Shown here: positions 1 through 11,788 of the stretch, one piece after another | Numbering within the stretch: the stretch's first letter is position 1 | How the letters are laid out: every line of letters starts with the position of its first letter | Assembly (NCBI GenBank): GCA_973895155.1 | Contig: OZ316892.1 | Location: 30,448,932 to 30,512,931, forward strand | Direction: 5' to 3' | DNA length: 64,000 nucleotides | DNA from: Marsupella aquatica | Lineage: Eukaryota > Plantae > Marchantiophyta | Notes under the pieces: model-generated | The model's input: the letters and a program-made list of their open reading frames with translations, nothing else | Database searches by the model: none | What the model was told of the DNA's origin: nothing | Translations under genes and position numbers: made by a program

Positions 1-2
1 TG

Positions 3-672
3 GCTCGTGGATTTGTGTTCAAGACGAATCCCAATGAGACCTGTCACAATGAAAGACTTGGCACTTCTAGGATTAGTGTGAAAATATGTGAAGTTTTCAA
101 GGAAGGGAGAGGTTACCCTTTCCTCACAATGGAGCCGATACCGTTCAGGAAGCATTGGACACTTTTGTATTCTGGAATTTAAAGGATGTTACTCGGAGGA
201 GTTCTTCCCAGGATATGCTAAACAACCTATCCACACGGGATGTTTTTTCAAATTATAATTTCAAGGATTATAGTTTGCGTTCTAATTGGATGACCGAGGA
301 GGTGGAATTGTATGCTGAGGATAATCGGACCAAAGTGGGGGTTGGCATCATCACAGTTCCTTTCAAGTCAGGTGCAATTGATGATGATGTTCTTGGACCA
401 GATCACGTTGGGGTTGCTATCACACGCGTGATTGACCCTCTATTTTTCCCAAATATCTCCCCAGGAGTGCCTGGTCTTGTTAGGTGGGTCGTCCGTTCAC
501 TTCTACTGATATCAAGGGGTATTTTTCTTCTGGATCTCATTGAAGAGGTTTCTCCAAAACCAATTATTGATGGTCGAGATCATCTAGAGGTAGATATGAA
601 AGGTGACACTGAGTTTTCGAAGCGCCCGTATAATTTCATCAAGAGAACGAAGGTCAACCCAGATGAAAAAAA
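3..672 (+). pseudogene. N-terminal extension of the transposase with two Tnp1/En-Spm-like domains, frameshifted
   Basis: ARGFVFKTNPNETCHNERLG..V.I.EV, then a shift near 108 to RLPFPHNGADTVQEALDTFVFW, and a second similar unit VGVGII...LGPDHVGVAITRV...VRW. Joins the 663 frame if one A is removed from the A7 run at 666-672. Confidence 0.55.
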
Positions 673-3284
673 GGAAGAAGCACTTGGAGTCTCGGGCGAT
701 ACTGAAAATCACAGAGGAGGAAATCGACTCCATCCAAAGAGAAGGTTGTTGTAAGTTGAAGTGTTGCCTCAGCATGCCGAGAGAAGACCTACAGGCGATA
801 AGGAGGGAATACCATGGGATGTCAAGCGACAACAAAACCAGTCACATTCTCACTCTTTTTGGCTGTAGGGAGAAGGAAGTGGAGACAAAAGGATATTTTG
901 TTGTAAGAAGTAGACTTGTTTGCAAGGGTGCATTTATTAAAATGCATGGATTCAGCACTGCCAAGTATTATGATTACAAAAATCAATATGAAGCAGGTTG
1001 CACGGTTGGATTCCACGGAAACAAGGGTTCACACAAGACACGGGGAAGCACCTTGCATGCTCGTGCTTTGTTGGAGTCCATTCTAACCCAAAACGGAGAA
1101 CCCATGCCGCATCTTCCCTATGGAGGGTCTCACGGGACTGACACGGTTGAGTACAGACTTCCATCTTGTTTCACGAAGAAAGAGATTTTTGAGGAGGTAT
1201 ACTCAAAAATGGAATTAGATGGCTACGTGAAGGTGAGTGAAAACACTATGTATAAACTCTGGAGTGAGTCCTTCATGAATTTTGACTTTCACAAGGGAAG
1301 TGCATTTGCAAAGTGTACACTTTGCACTGAGTTCAAAGATCAGTTGATGCGGGAGAAGAGAAAGAAAGAGCGTTTGGAGATTGAGGAAAGAAGAGCTCGC
1401 CATCTTCGTGAGCAAATGTCTAGGAGATATGTTTACTATGCTCATAGGGTTCTTGCGAAGAAGGATCCTGAGAACTATCTTTGCATTATACATGACAAGA
1501 TGGACCAGGCCAAGACATGGATCCCTAGGTTGGTCTCCACTCCTAAATCATTGTCTGGTAGTGGTCAACCGCTCCCCATTGCGCTCACTGGGATGTTGAC
1601 CCATGGAAGGGATCCCGGAGTGTATGCTCACTTCAGTTTCACTGGGCTTTGGCCGGGAGATGCAGACTTCACAGTGACATCATTGGCCAAGTGCCTTAGA
1701 GATCTGGAGGATTACAAGGGGGACAAATCTGGAGACCTCCTTGAAGGATTATATTGGGCTGCAACGAGACCGATTTTTCAATCTCTTTTGGACTTTGAAG
1801 CATTTCTCGCAGGTTACTTAGAACCCAAAAAAGTCTCAATTGCTAGATTTCAAGGAGCTGAAGATGACCAAGACTACTTTGGTGTTGATCCCAAGGCTAC
1901 ATCTACCTCTTTCAAACCATTGCCAAGGCACCTGACCTTGCAAATGGATAATTCAGGGAAAGATAACAAAAACCAGTACGTGATGGCATTTTGCAGTGAG
2001 CTTGTTAGTAGAGGGGTTTTTGAAACAGTGCAGATGTCGTTTCTCATGGTCGGTCACACCCATGAGGATGTTGATGCATTGTTTTCAAAAGTATCCAACC
2101 AAGTGAAGTACAAGGAGGTTTCTACCCTCTTGGGGTTGATGGCTGAGGTTTGGGAGTGTGAAAGCATTCATCCTGTTCCACGGTTGATCCAAGAGGTTGC
2201 AGCTTACAAAGAGTTTTTGAAAACTTTCAAAGTAAAAGACATAGAGGGTCACTCAAAACCAGTGGCATTTCTTTTCTCTATGAGAGATAATGTTCCAATA
2301 TATCAATACAAAGCACATGTGAAACAACCTTGGTACCCTCCAACCGGAAGGTCCATTTGGAGAACTGATTCTAGCACCAATGCTCTCATTTTACCAGAAG
2401 GTCAACCATTTGCAAAACCCATCTCTGGGGATGTACGAGGCAAGGTTGAAGAAATCATCCCATTCCTTAATCGTTACATTGAGTTTTTGAAGAAGAGTTG
2501 TAAGGATGAGACCTCTACAGCATATCGTGAGCAGTTTCCTTTGGTGAAATATTGGGAGATGGTGGTGCAAGTATTATCTGGGGAGCTTACAATTGAAGGG
2601 GAGGCAGAAATACAGTTAGCATTGACATATGAATTCTGGCCAAAAACCAACCACGGAACTGGTTACAAGGTTAGTAGTACAGGAACCTCTGAACCATTGG
2701 GGGAGCCTAGTAGTAGTACACAGAATCCACAAATGGTGGAGCTTCAGAATGAGTACCTGGAAGAGATGGAGGATCAAGCTGCAACATTTGTTGGCGCTCG
2801 ACACGAGCGAGAACTTGCACGTTGGATTCCTCTGCAGGACATTCAAGAGGGTCACTTTGTATTTCTCCGTCCAGAGGATGAATGGGAAAAGAAGAATGGG
2901 AAAGAATGTTTCTGGTTGGTGAGAGCTTTGGGTGTTGTGGACCCAAACCATGTTCAAGTTCCTTTAGGAGACTTGCAATGCAATGAGAATTCTCCTACTA
3001 GTACACGGTATGCTCCTATGTTCCAAGTGCAATGGTGGAGGCCTAAACATGGTAAGCATGATGCACCGGATCATGTGCGATATTCACGTTGCTTTCAGAC
3101 CACTAAGACTTGGGAGGTGGATCCTGGGTTTGACAGTGCCACTGAATATTGGCAATTTGCTAATTCTGCTATGTATGGATTCAAGTCACGCTCTAGAGAA
3201 GAAAATATAATTGATAGAGGTTTGACCATTCCCAAGAATGTTTTGAAAACACTCAAAACCTACATGGAAGGGATTGTTGAGTAA
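663..3284 (+). CDS. DUF7869/Sola-like DDE transposase, catalytic part
   Basis: Open frame of about 870 aa from ATG 663 with CCxxxC and AKCTLC...H Cys/His motifs, HDKMDQAK, LQMDNSGKDNKN and FLMVGHTHEDVDALFS, which are typical of Sola/CMC-related transposases. C-terminal beta-rich domain (GHFVFLRP...FWLVRA...VQWW). Confidence 0.8.
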   Translation: MKKRKKHLESRAILKITEEEIDSIQREGCCKLKCCLSMPREDLQAIRREYHGMSSDNKTSHILTLFGCREKEVETKGYFVVRSRLVCKGAFIKMHGFSTAKYYDYKNQYEAGCTVGFHGNKGSHKTRGSTLHARALLESILTQNGEPMPHLPYGGSHGTDTVEYRLPSCFTKKEIFEEVYSKMELDGYVKVSENTMYKLWSESFMNFDFHKGSAFAKCTLCTEFKDQLMREKRKKERLEIEERRARHLREQMSRRYVYYAHRVLAKKDPENYLCIIHDKMDQAKTWIPRLVSTPKSLSGSGQPLPIALTGMLTHGRDPGVYAHFSFTGLWPGDADFTVTSLAKCLRDLEDYKGDKSGDLLEGLYWAATRPIFQSLLDFEAFLAGYLEPKKVSIARFQGAEDDQDYFGVDPKATSTSFKPLPRHLTLQMDNSGKDNKNQYVMAFCSELVSRGVFETVQMSFLMVGHTHEDVDALFSKVSNQVKYKEVSTLLGLMAEVWECESIHPVPRLIQEVAAYKEFLKTFKVKDIEGHSKPVAFLFSMRDNVPIYQYKAHVKQPWYPPTGRSIWRTDSSTNALILPEGQPFAKPISGDVRGKVEEIIPFLNRYIEFLKKSCKDETSTAYREQFPLVKYWEMVVQVLSGELTIEGEAEIQLALTYEFWPKTNHGTGYKVSSTGTSEPLGEPSSSTQNPQMVELQNEYLEEMEDQAATFVGARHERELARWIPLQDIQEGHFVFLRPEDEWEKKNGKECFWLVRALGVVDPNHVQVPLGDLQCNENSPTSTRYAPMFQVQWWRPKHGKHDAPDHVRYSRCFQTTKTWEVDPGFDSATEYWQFANSAMYGFKSRSREENIIDRGLTIPKNVLKTLKTYMEGIVE

Positions 3285-3761
3285 GTCGAATGTTTTTTAG
3301 TAGTCACTCTGTCAGAGTGAGGGAGTCTATGTCATTTAGTTTGGAATTAGACATGTCAGAGTGAGGGAGTCTATGTCAATTAGTTTGGAATCAGACATGT
3401 CTTTAGTACTTACTGTTGGTTAGTACTAAGTAGTATATATATCTAGTTAAGTAACTAATTATTATAATATTTTGGGATACTAGTTTGATTAGGTGGAGGT
3501 AATTGGACTTGGATACCTTTATAATTGCTTTAATTAATTATTATATCAATACAGACTATATATTACATGAAGTCTTAATATCCATGATAGGATGTGAGTG
3601 CCTCTTAGTACTGTCTACTAGTAAACCTTAGTTTCAACTCGAGTTGCTTAGAATGTAACAAATTACTTGTCTGAATGGATAGTAAGCCAAGTATCATTCA
3701 AATTTAATATATTAAATGCTCTCAATTAGTAACTAAGTAGAAGGTTAATTTAGCTAGCTAA

Positions 3762-3898
3762 GGGTAGAGATCATATTGAAGCTTTACTAGTTATATGGGT
3801 AGAGATCATATTATTTGAAGCTTTACTAGTTATATGGGTAGAGATCATATTGAAGCTTTACTAGTTATATGGGTAGAGATCATATTGAAGCTTTACTA
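3762..3898. repeat. 35-bp tandem repeat x4
   Basis: gggtagagatcatattgaagctttactagttatat is repeated four times; one copy has a 4-nt insertion. Confidence 0.9.
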
Positions 3899-3977
3899 GA
3901 CACTTATATTCTATTAGTCAAATTGAATCAATGTAAGTAAGTTCTACTTCTTATCCAACATATTTTACATTATTATC

Positions 3978-4140
3978 ACCCAAATGTTTTTCTTTAGAAT
4001 CCAAATTAATATTTCATTTTCTCCTATGTACAATCTTGATCCCCCAAATGTACAACATCTGGTGCCCAAATGTACAACTCCCACTGCCCAAATGTACAAT
4101 TTTTGTGCCCAAATATATATATTTTTGGTGCCTAAATGTC
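3978..4140. repeat. Subterminal CCCAAATGTACA motifs, probable right end of the Sola-like transposon
   Basis: About six copies of (g)cccaaatgtaca-like motif lie just before an abrupt junction with unrelated sequence at about 4181. Confidence 0.55.
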
Positions 4141-4181
4141 CAAAGATCAAAGAATTTTCCAGTTTTAATGAATAGACTGAT

Positions 4182-4386
4182 CTAGATTAGGCCGGCCACG
4201 TATCTCATGACCCGATGAAGGATCTGTCTAGTATATGTGTATAAAATGTTAATAGTAGTAGTAGCAGAGGTTAGCAGCGTCCCAAGCCTCTAAGCCACAA
4301 AAACGGCCTCGCCAAGCGCGAAACCTGCAGGAATCGGCTTGTGCAGGGGGGTTTCTTGGGGTTAGGGAGCCATGGGACAAACCACA
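4182..4386 (-). mobile_element. Terminal 205-bp fragment of family A TG...CA element, inverted relative to the full copies
   Basis: Reverse complement matches 22467-22670 and 29991-30195, starting TGTGGTTTGTCCCATGGCTCCCTAA. Confidence 0.9.
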
Positions 4387-6163
4387 GCTGACGCCCCCAG
4401 CTCCGGCTATACGACGACAGTGGAGAGTGAAGAAATCAAAAGCAATTCGGAGAAAATGGATGTAGTGGGTATCAAGCAAGACCTGCTGAAGGAAGCCCCG
4501 GTGTTGCTATGGGGCTCATTCCTGGACACTTGGGGCAGTCAGAGTGCCGTCCCGGCCAACTTACGGGGGATGGAATATGAGAATCACTGGGGGAAGGTTG
4601 ACTATGATATCATGATCCCTGCTGAGAAGATTGCGGAAATCAGCGTAAGGGCATCGTACTACAAAGCCCCAAAGGTTGAACTTCACCCTTGTCGAGCTCC
4701 TCTGAGGAGTGGAGGGTTGTGCCAATGGAGAGATCTTCAAAAATTCCCACTCCATGGGCCTATAAGAGCGCGAGACGAGGAAGGAGATATTATTCCTGAA
4801 CATTCTCCCCCATGCGATGCATGGTCAGCTTGGCCACCGCAACTGTGGCCAAAGGCAACCCGGATATAGCTGCGGGTTCCTTTCTCTTCCTACCCCGAGA
4901 CTGATTCCCGGGGTGGCTAGAAGAGGGGGACATCTCCCCATCCTCCCGGTTGGGTGGCGGTAGCGCTACCGCTGTGAGTATTGGTGTCGGGGCCGCTAAA
5001 GTCACCGTGTTATCCCCTTGGGCTTGCTGGAGTGGCACCGGGTTGCTTGGCGCATGCTGATTTGTACCTTGCAGCCGTCAGTTCAGGGGAGGGTGAGCCT
5101 CTTCATCTTTGGAGCTAATATTCACCGCATTTACCACGGATCGCACTCGGAGAGGTGGTGCGACCGGTGGTGGAGATCGGCTTGACTGAGGCCGAGGCGG
5201 TGTTGGCGTGGACACGGATGAGTTGGCGCCAGTTGCAGCTGGAGGAGGCACCATGAGATTCAGGAAGTCCCTGGGGAAGTGGAGTGATGTTAAGATAGGA
5301 GTCTCACTTGTTTGGGCAGGGCCAAACTGACAATCTATGGAGGCTTGAACCCAGGCGGGGATATGGTCGTAAATGGTGCGACTACAAGTCCATCATGCCC
5401 GAGAGATGGTAAACCTTGTCCGGAAGCCAAAGAAGTGCTTCCCGGAACCCGACATACTTCTCGTCGACAAAGAAGTATTCACTGATTTTGTCAACTCGGC
5501 AAAGCTCACTCTGAAAAGGGAGGTCAAAGTTGCCGTTATAGTGATTACGGCCGGCTAAGCGGGAATGGCTCTCTCGTAAGCTCGTTCAATCTCGTACCGG
5601 CGTGGGTTGACTTTGGCTAAGGACTTGGCTAAGTGACTTCCCACGGATAGGAATTGCAGCCAAAATTGAAGGGCCAAACTGGACAATATTGTGACAGACA
5701 TCCAAGAGTGACGGTGGGCGACTAAGGAGGGACAAAGAGGCTGAGATCAAAGCTGGCGCTTGGAATGGAGTGTGAGTGTAATGCAAGAGAATGGCCCTCC
5801 TTTTATACTCTGAGAGCTCATCGTCCGACTCATCCCTCCTCCCTTCCTATAGGCCGAGCTTTTCATGCTCATAGTGTACTGGCCACTTGCGAGTCCAATT
5901 CAGAGCGTGTCAGCAGCCGCCTCCAAGAATTTGTTATATGGACCCGAAGTGTCCCCTTACATGCTCGTAACCTGGGAGTACGAATGGTGCTTCGCCGCCA
6001 TCCCAAACGTAAATGCCCCTTATTAACTAATGATTCCCTAGTCATAAGTACTACCTACTTAGTGTCGTTATGCTAATAACTACGGCCTATGATACCCCTA
6101 ATGAGTGTGCTAAGCACGGGCTAGGCCAAATCAATCATTAACCACCGTGCTGGTGGCGTCACA
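4387..6163 (-). mobile_element. Degenerate, truncated family B TG...CA element
   Basis: Homologous to about 61200-62965. Shared peptides (LTAVALP.P.REDGE.SPS, GLPLATVAVAK..MHRMGENV), same end (GGCGTCACA at 6155-6163) and same minus-strand TATAAAA (5801-5807). Confidence 0.85.
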
Positions 6164-7217
6164 CACCGACAACATTCATGTATATTTGCGACTTGGTTAG
6201 AGAAGATATGACCACACATCCCCCACCTGGCCTTCGCGATTTGACAAATAGAACATTGTCTGTTGAGCGTCAGGTTGCCATAGCCCTCTGTCGCTTTCCA
6301 GTGGTTGTTTGTTGTTGACGCTTTCAGAGATGTTTGGGGTTTCCGTGCCATGCATATCGGATACTGTTTGGCAATTTGTTAGGGCTTTAATTATGCAAGC
6401 AAGGAGAACACATTTGAGTTAACCACAAGGAGAAGCCATGGCAAGAGTGAAAGAAGAATTTTGCCAACTACAAGGATTACCAAATTGTTGTGGTGCAATA
6501 GACGACACTCATTTTCAAGTGGAGCTACCGCCTGGAACAAATTCCAATGATTACCATGATTACAAGAATGGTCAGAGCATTTCTATGCAAGCTATCTGTG
6601 ATAGTCGTCTTTGATTTTTGGATGTCTTTTCAGGATGGCCCAGTAGCATACAAGACTCTTGCCTTCTATGGGTGTCCGGATTTTTTGACGATGTTACAGT
6701 ACACCACACAAAACTCTCAGGTCCCATGTTTACATCACATACATGTTTTCGTACAAGGGAGTACATTATTGGTGATGCAGGTTATCCTGCATATCCTTGG
6801 TTGCTAAACCCTTTCCCCGGTGCAAGAGAGCATAGCCGTAAGAGAGAATTTAACTACATGCTTAGCTTAACTAGGATGTGCGTAGAGCGTGCTTTTGGTC
6901 AGTTGGAAAATAGCTGGAGATTTATTTCATGCAAAATGTATCGTCCCTCTCCTTATCGATTGCCACATTATGTTACTTGTGCATGCATTCTACACAATAG
7001 TCGTATTGATCGTGGAGATGTGTATGATCCAGCTTGGGGATTAGATGCAGACCCTCCTTATGAACCTGGAGGCCCTCCAGCTGGAGATCATAGTTTTGGT
7101 AATGGACGTAGACATCGTGTTGCAATGATGAACTATTTGTTGCCTGAGAGAGAATGGGAGCCGGAGCAGGAACGACAAAGACGTCGTACTACCCCAAGGG
7201 ATAATTGTACATTGTGA
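6164..7217 (+). pseudogene. PIF/Harbinger DDE transposase (HARBI1-like), 5'-truncated and frameshifted
   Basis: Motifs GLPNCCGAIDDTH, QAICD...F..VFSGWPSSIQDS, YIIGDAGYP.YPWLLNPF, FNY.LS.TR..VERAFGQL...WR and ACCILHN-like TCACILHN, interrupted by stops and shifts. Confidence 0.9.
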
Positions 7218-7398
7218 CTATTTATGTTTTCAAATGCAAATGTTGTAGGCAAGTTGAAATAAAAGTTTCAATTGAAAAGTGCATGAAAGTGTCATCATAG
7301 TTTTTTTGCAATTCCATGCAACTGTTAATTGAAGTACTAGACCCTAAGTACTACACTTGATAAATACAAACTAGCCAAGTGCTACTCTACTCGGGACT

Positions 7399-8631
7399 CT
7401 ACTGTAAAGGTCGTGAAGAACTTGCAAGCTTCTCCATAAGGGCATTAGTCAAATGTGTCATCTGCTTGGATGTTGTCTTCATTGTTGTACTCAAAGTTCT
7501 CTCTAGTCGCTCTCGGATTTCATACTCACGTTCTCGCATGTGAGAATCATGTTCTCGGATATGAACATCACGCTTGGCCGTAGAAGCCATCTCAGCACAA
7601 CTGTTTGCCATGGTTCTCAAATGCACTTGTTTATCACTACCAGACTTGGTTGCCTTTCGCTTCACACCTCTCTTGCTTGGGCCAGAAAAGTCCTGAGGGG
7701 TTGATGGTTCTCTCACTCCACCGGTATTCTCGACATTGTGTGACTGCGTACCCTCGTGTGTTGGTCCTGGGCAGTATTCTTGGCTGGTAGGGATAGACAT
7801 GAACCTCAACATCATCATCACTTGCAAATGACATAATGTACTTGTTGTACTATTTAATAAAGGAAAGATATAGGTGTTGAAAAGGGGACAATAATTTCAG
7901 CGCAAAATAAAATCTGTGATAAAATATCACAAAATCACTTGCATAAAAAAATACCAAAATATAGCTACACCATGCAAAAATAAACCAATGTAGAGGCACA
8001 AGTAAGTAAGTTCTTACTCTCTGATGATAAATCAAATGGATTCTCCTGTGCATTTTGGTCCATAGAAGAAATGTCAGAGATGAACTTTTTAGGTGAGTGC
8101 CTGATGGAGTGACGCGTGGAATATTTGCATACCACTCCAACAATTGCTCATACAGATCAACAGAAAAATTAGTGGGGAATCAATGGTCGCGTCGGTCCTT
8201 GTCACCCATGTTAAAGTAAGAAACCTGCCCAGTTTTCTCCTTCTTTTCATAGTCATAAATTGTTTTAACTTGTTCTCAATAAGCTGCCACTTCTTCTTAC
8301 AAGAGTTTGGATCTCGAGTAGGATTAGTGTACCCCTCATCCACCATAAACTTTGCCACTGCTTTCCATTTCAACTTGCTACTAGTCATTTTTTTCTGTGT
8401 TGAGCCTTCCATAATGACAGTGTGATATTCATTCTGTTTTGCTGCAATGAGAACCGTCATCTCCTCGTCAATCCAATCAGGCAACTTATTCCTTCCTTGA
8501 CGTTGTGGTGTAGTAGACTTGGGATCTGCAGCAATGTTCAGATCCAAATCACGCAATGGCACACCTTGTGAAGCCAAACTTTGGCCTGGAACCTGTCTCT
8601 GATTCTGGCTTGTCATCTGAAAGGGACACAA
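7399..8631 (-). pseudogene. Harbinger Myb/SANT (trihelix-type) DNA-binding protein, spliced and frameshifted
   Basis: WIDEEMTVLIAAK...KWKAVAKFM...RDPNSCKKKWQLI trihelix signature, convergent with the transposase as in PIF/Harbinger elements. AT-rich probable intron at about 7850-8017; C-terminal coiled coil at 7399-7827. Confidence 0.8.
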
Positions 8632-8969
8632 ATAAGTCAGTGGTGATTTTGCACATCAATATGTTTTAAACATATTCAATGCACAAAACACATCAAGTTC
8701 ATAGAAAGCGTATAAAAACAAATTAAAAAAAATTTAAACCACAAGAGTTCTTCAAAAACCAATTGAAATTATTGCAGCATGTTAAAACCATGTCCTCTTG
8801 AGGCTTTCAATATTTTCAACAAAATGATGAAGCAAAGTTTTATCATATTCATATATAATGATCCACAATATAATCATGGTCTGGATAAGACAGTGCCAAT
8901 AGTAGGTCAAATAAGTATGACCTTAGAATTACATATCTATCTCTATCTTATGAAGGTAGTTTCATACGT

Positions 8970-9566
8970 TCAGGGCCCAAGGCCAACAGAATCACTCTCC
9001 AAGCAGATTTTCTTCCCAGCTCTTGCAGAAATAGCATCATGCTGATGAGTGGATGGAACTCTTGTACTATTCAACACGTAGGGTGTGTCAAAGACCAAAG
9101 AATCTACTACGCAAAGTGGAAGTTTGCCTTTCAAAGCATGTGTATGTCCTGGATCTATTCTGTGCATAGTAATCTCCCGAGTAATCTTGGACAGGTTGGG
9201 AGAAATCGGGACCAAAGGTTCCCGTGCTTCTACTACAAGTTTTCTCTCAGTTGCAGTCTCTGTAGAGATTGTTTTATTCTTATGTCCTCTCCGCTGCAAC
9301 ATCTGAACAACCTCTGATTGCAGGACTTCCAATGTCTTGTTCTCGCTGAGAAGCCGATGGTTTTCTGCTTTCAACCTCTCAACCTCGTGTTTCAATTCCT
9401 GGGTCTCTCTATCACAAATTTTGGCATTTAACATGTCCGTCTGCAAAGTAGGCCAAAGGTCTTCACAAAGCATTGACTGCACGTGAGTCAAGTACTCTTT
9501 CGCCTCTTTTATCTTCCCCAAATAATTAGTAGCAAGGCCCTTCAGATTATCTTTGCTAGGCTCCAT
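8970..9566 (-). CDS. Coiled-coil ORF, possibly an upstream exon or accessory gene of the Harbinger element
   Basis: 198-aa ATG-initiated ORF with heptads (ELKHEVERLKAENHRLLSENKTLEVL), on the same strand as the Myb exon, which begins right after a pyrimidine-rich CAG acceptor (about 8617). Confidence 0.4.
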   Translation of the reverse strand: MEPSKDNLKGLATNYLGKIKEAKEYLTHVQSMLCEDLWPTLQTDMLNAKICDRETQELKHEVERLKAENHRLLSENKTLEVLQSEVVQMLQRRGHKNKTISTETATERKLVVEAREPLVPISPNLSKITREITMHRIDPGHTHALKGKLPLCVVDSLVFDTPYVLNSTRVPSTHQHDAISARAGKKICLESDSVGLGP

Positions 9567-11009
9567 TGTGTCAAAACCTGACCCTGAAAGGAATTTTCAC
9601 AACAAATTTGACATAGCAAAGTTGTTGTACTTCATGAATAGTTTATATGCCTTTCTAAGTATGTATCGGGCGGTATGTTTGGGTACTATTTAATGCACAA
9701 GTCTACTGCAGCCACTACAAAGGAAGCAAGTAGTCACGACCTACAATTGTGCACTCCCTTCCAAGCTCCCTTCCTGATCAGGTATACTACATTGGTGCAC
9801 TTGACACCCTATGTATAGAAGTCATCCAAAATTTATACTACCCTATGTACATTGGTGCACTTGACATGACTTCAAAACATTCCACAGTTCAATTGAAAGT
9901 GATCCATCCAGGTTAATTACTCAAAATGTGAGACGCATCCACTCGCTCGGCAGGGCAGCATCCTGCCCCAGCCCTACTCTTCGCATTTCACCACAGCAAT
10001 GTAGAGCCTGGTCTAGCCACTATTGCCGATCAATCCAAAAAGTGAGAAGGAGCCTCCTCTCTCACATTTGTTACACTCTTTGGGCAAGGCAGCATCCTGC
10101 GCCTAGCCCCAGTCGTCCGTGTTCCACCACAGCCATGTACAGTAGAACCTGTCTAGCCTGGTTGGATCACAGCTGCTCTAGCCACCTACCTAGTTTCAAC
10201 AACCGATGGGGAGTACAGAGAAGACGGCTGGCTGATTGATTGACTTTCAATAGAGGTCGGTGGTGATTTCGCACATTTTGAAGAGAGAGGCAGGCGGGAG
10301 ATGAAGGAGTCATTCTCACAAATTATCGACAATTGAACTGCAGCATAGAATGTGAGACTTCAACTTACTTGTGAGCTTGATTGGAATCGGTAAGGTTAGC
10401 CGGGCAGTGTTTTTCAATTGTTGTCGTGTGTTGATGCTGTGGTTGCTGTTTCAAAGCTTACAAATTGAAAGAATCTGGAGGCACGATCAAAAGTGACTGC
10501 TATTGAGTGCATGTACAATCCTTATCTATTTCTACACTCTCAATGTCGTCTCAATGCTGAAAGCTTACCATATGCTGACTTCAATTTCTACACTCTCACG
10601 AGCACTCTCATGATGCTCTCAAGTTCAAATACGTCGCAGTGACAGGAACACATGCAAAGTGTTTAGGTGAAGCGCATAGTGAATTTTTGAAGCATTTCAT
10701 ATGCAGGGCAATTTGCGGGGTCTCCTACGTGTACGAGCAGGTGAGAGTTGATAACCAGGACCGGATCAGGCGCACGGCAAAATCACAGACAGCCCAGTTC
10801 AGTGACATGTGGAAAGCAAATGCCATTGTCTTTTGTGCCATGCAAAGGTCGGGACTGTGAAGGGTTGCAAGGTTTGCGTGCCTTGCCCTTCTAGGTCCTA
10901 GTTTAGTGCCGTCAAGACGGCCTCGTTCAGGGGGCAGTTTTGTTCACTCAAGGGCTGCCACCGTTTGTATGAAAGGCCATTTTTTGAAGGACCGTCTACA
11001 TATATGCAA

Positions 11010-11788
11010 GACGGCCGTAAGAGTCCGAGCCTTCGGTATACTGGTCTGTTCTGCATAGACTGAAGTGTGTGGCGGATTCACGAGCAATCTGGTTTGGAAA
11101 TTTTGAGGTGGTGAATCGTTGCATGTTTAATTGATTGTCATGATACATTGCGGATCAGAAGGCCTTACATCGCGCGGTTGCAGGATTTTGACTGGGATTT
11201 TGGTGATCTAGGGTTTGGTGGATGGTGAGTTTCACAGCCTCATACCGTAGTTTTCACCCTTGTGGTGTGCTCTTTCCTCTGTCACTTCCTCTGTTGCTAT
11301 GATTTCTGTCACCCCGAGGGGTTTCGTTTCTGCCTGTCATTTGTATGTGCTTTCTTTTGTTATAATTTGCGTCTGTGGCTGTCTTGTCTATGCCTGGTTT
11401 CATAGCATATATCTTAAGAAGTAAGCAGTATATTGCTCAGCCTGCAAGATCCAATGGCGAGTGGTGAAGAAGAAAATATTATGAACCTGCTTCGGGGAAC
11501 TATTCATGACAAAACACGACTGCGAGAAGTTGCTGCGAAACTATGCCTTGGTTGGGTCGGAGTAACTATGTTGCTAGAGTCGTCGGAATTGGAGCTCGAA
11601 GGCATAATCCGGCGTGTGTTCCCAGTGGCACTTGACAGATTGGAAATGGCAATTAAGTTTGCAATTCGGCTTCAAAAAGGAAACTCTATGGATGGTAATT
11701 CCAACTGAATTTCACAGCAATGTGTTTCTCGTCAGTATCTTCTGGTTCTTGTTCTGGTTTGTCTTTTTGTTGAGTTTTTTCCTTTGAG
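11010..11788 (+). repeat. Diverged duplicate of the promoter, 5'UTR and first coding exon of the Crinkler-like gene
   Basis: Aligns with about 14168-14939. Exon 11454-11694 (MASGEEENIMNLLRGTIHD...) is open and keeps the G|GTAAT donor. Confidence 0.85.
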
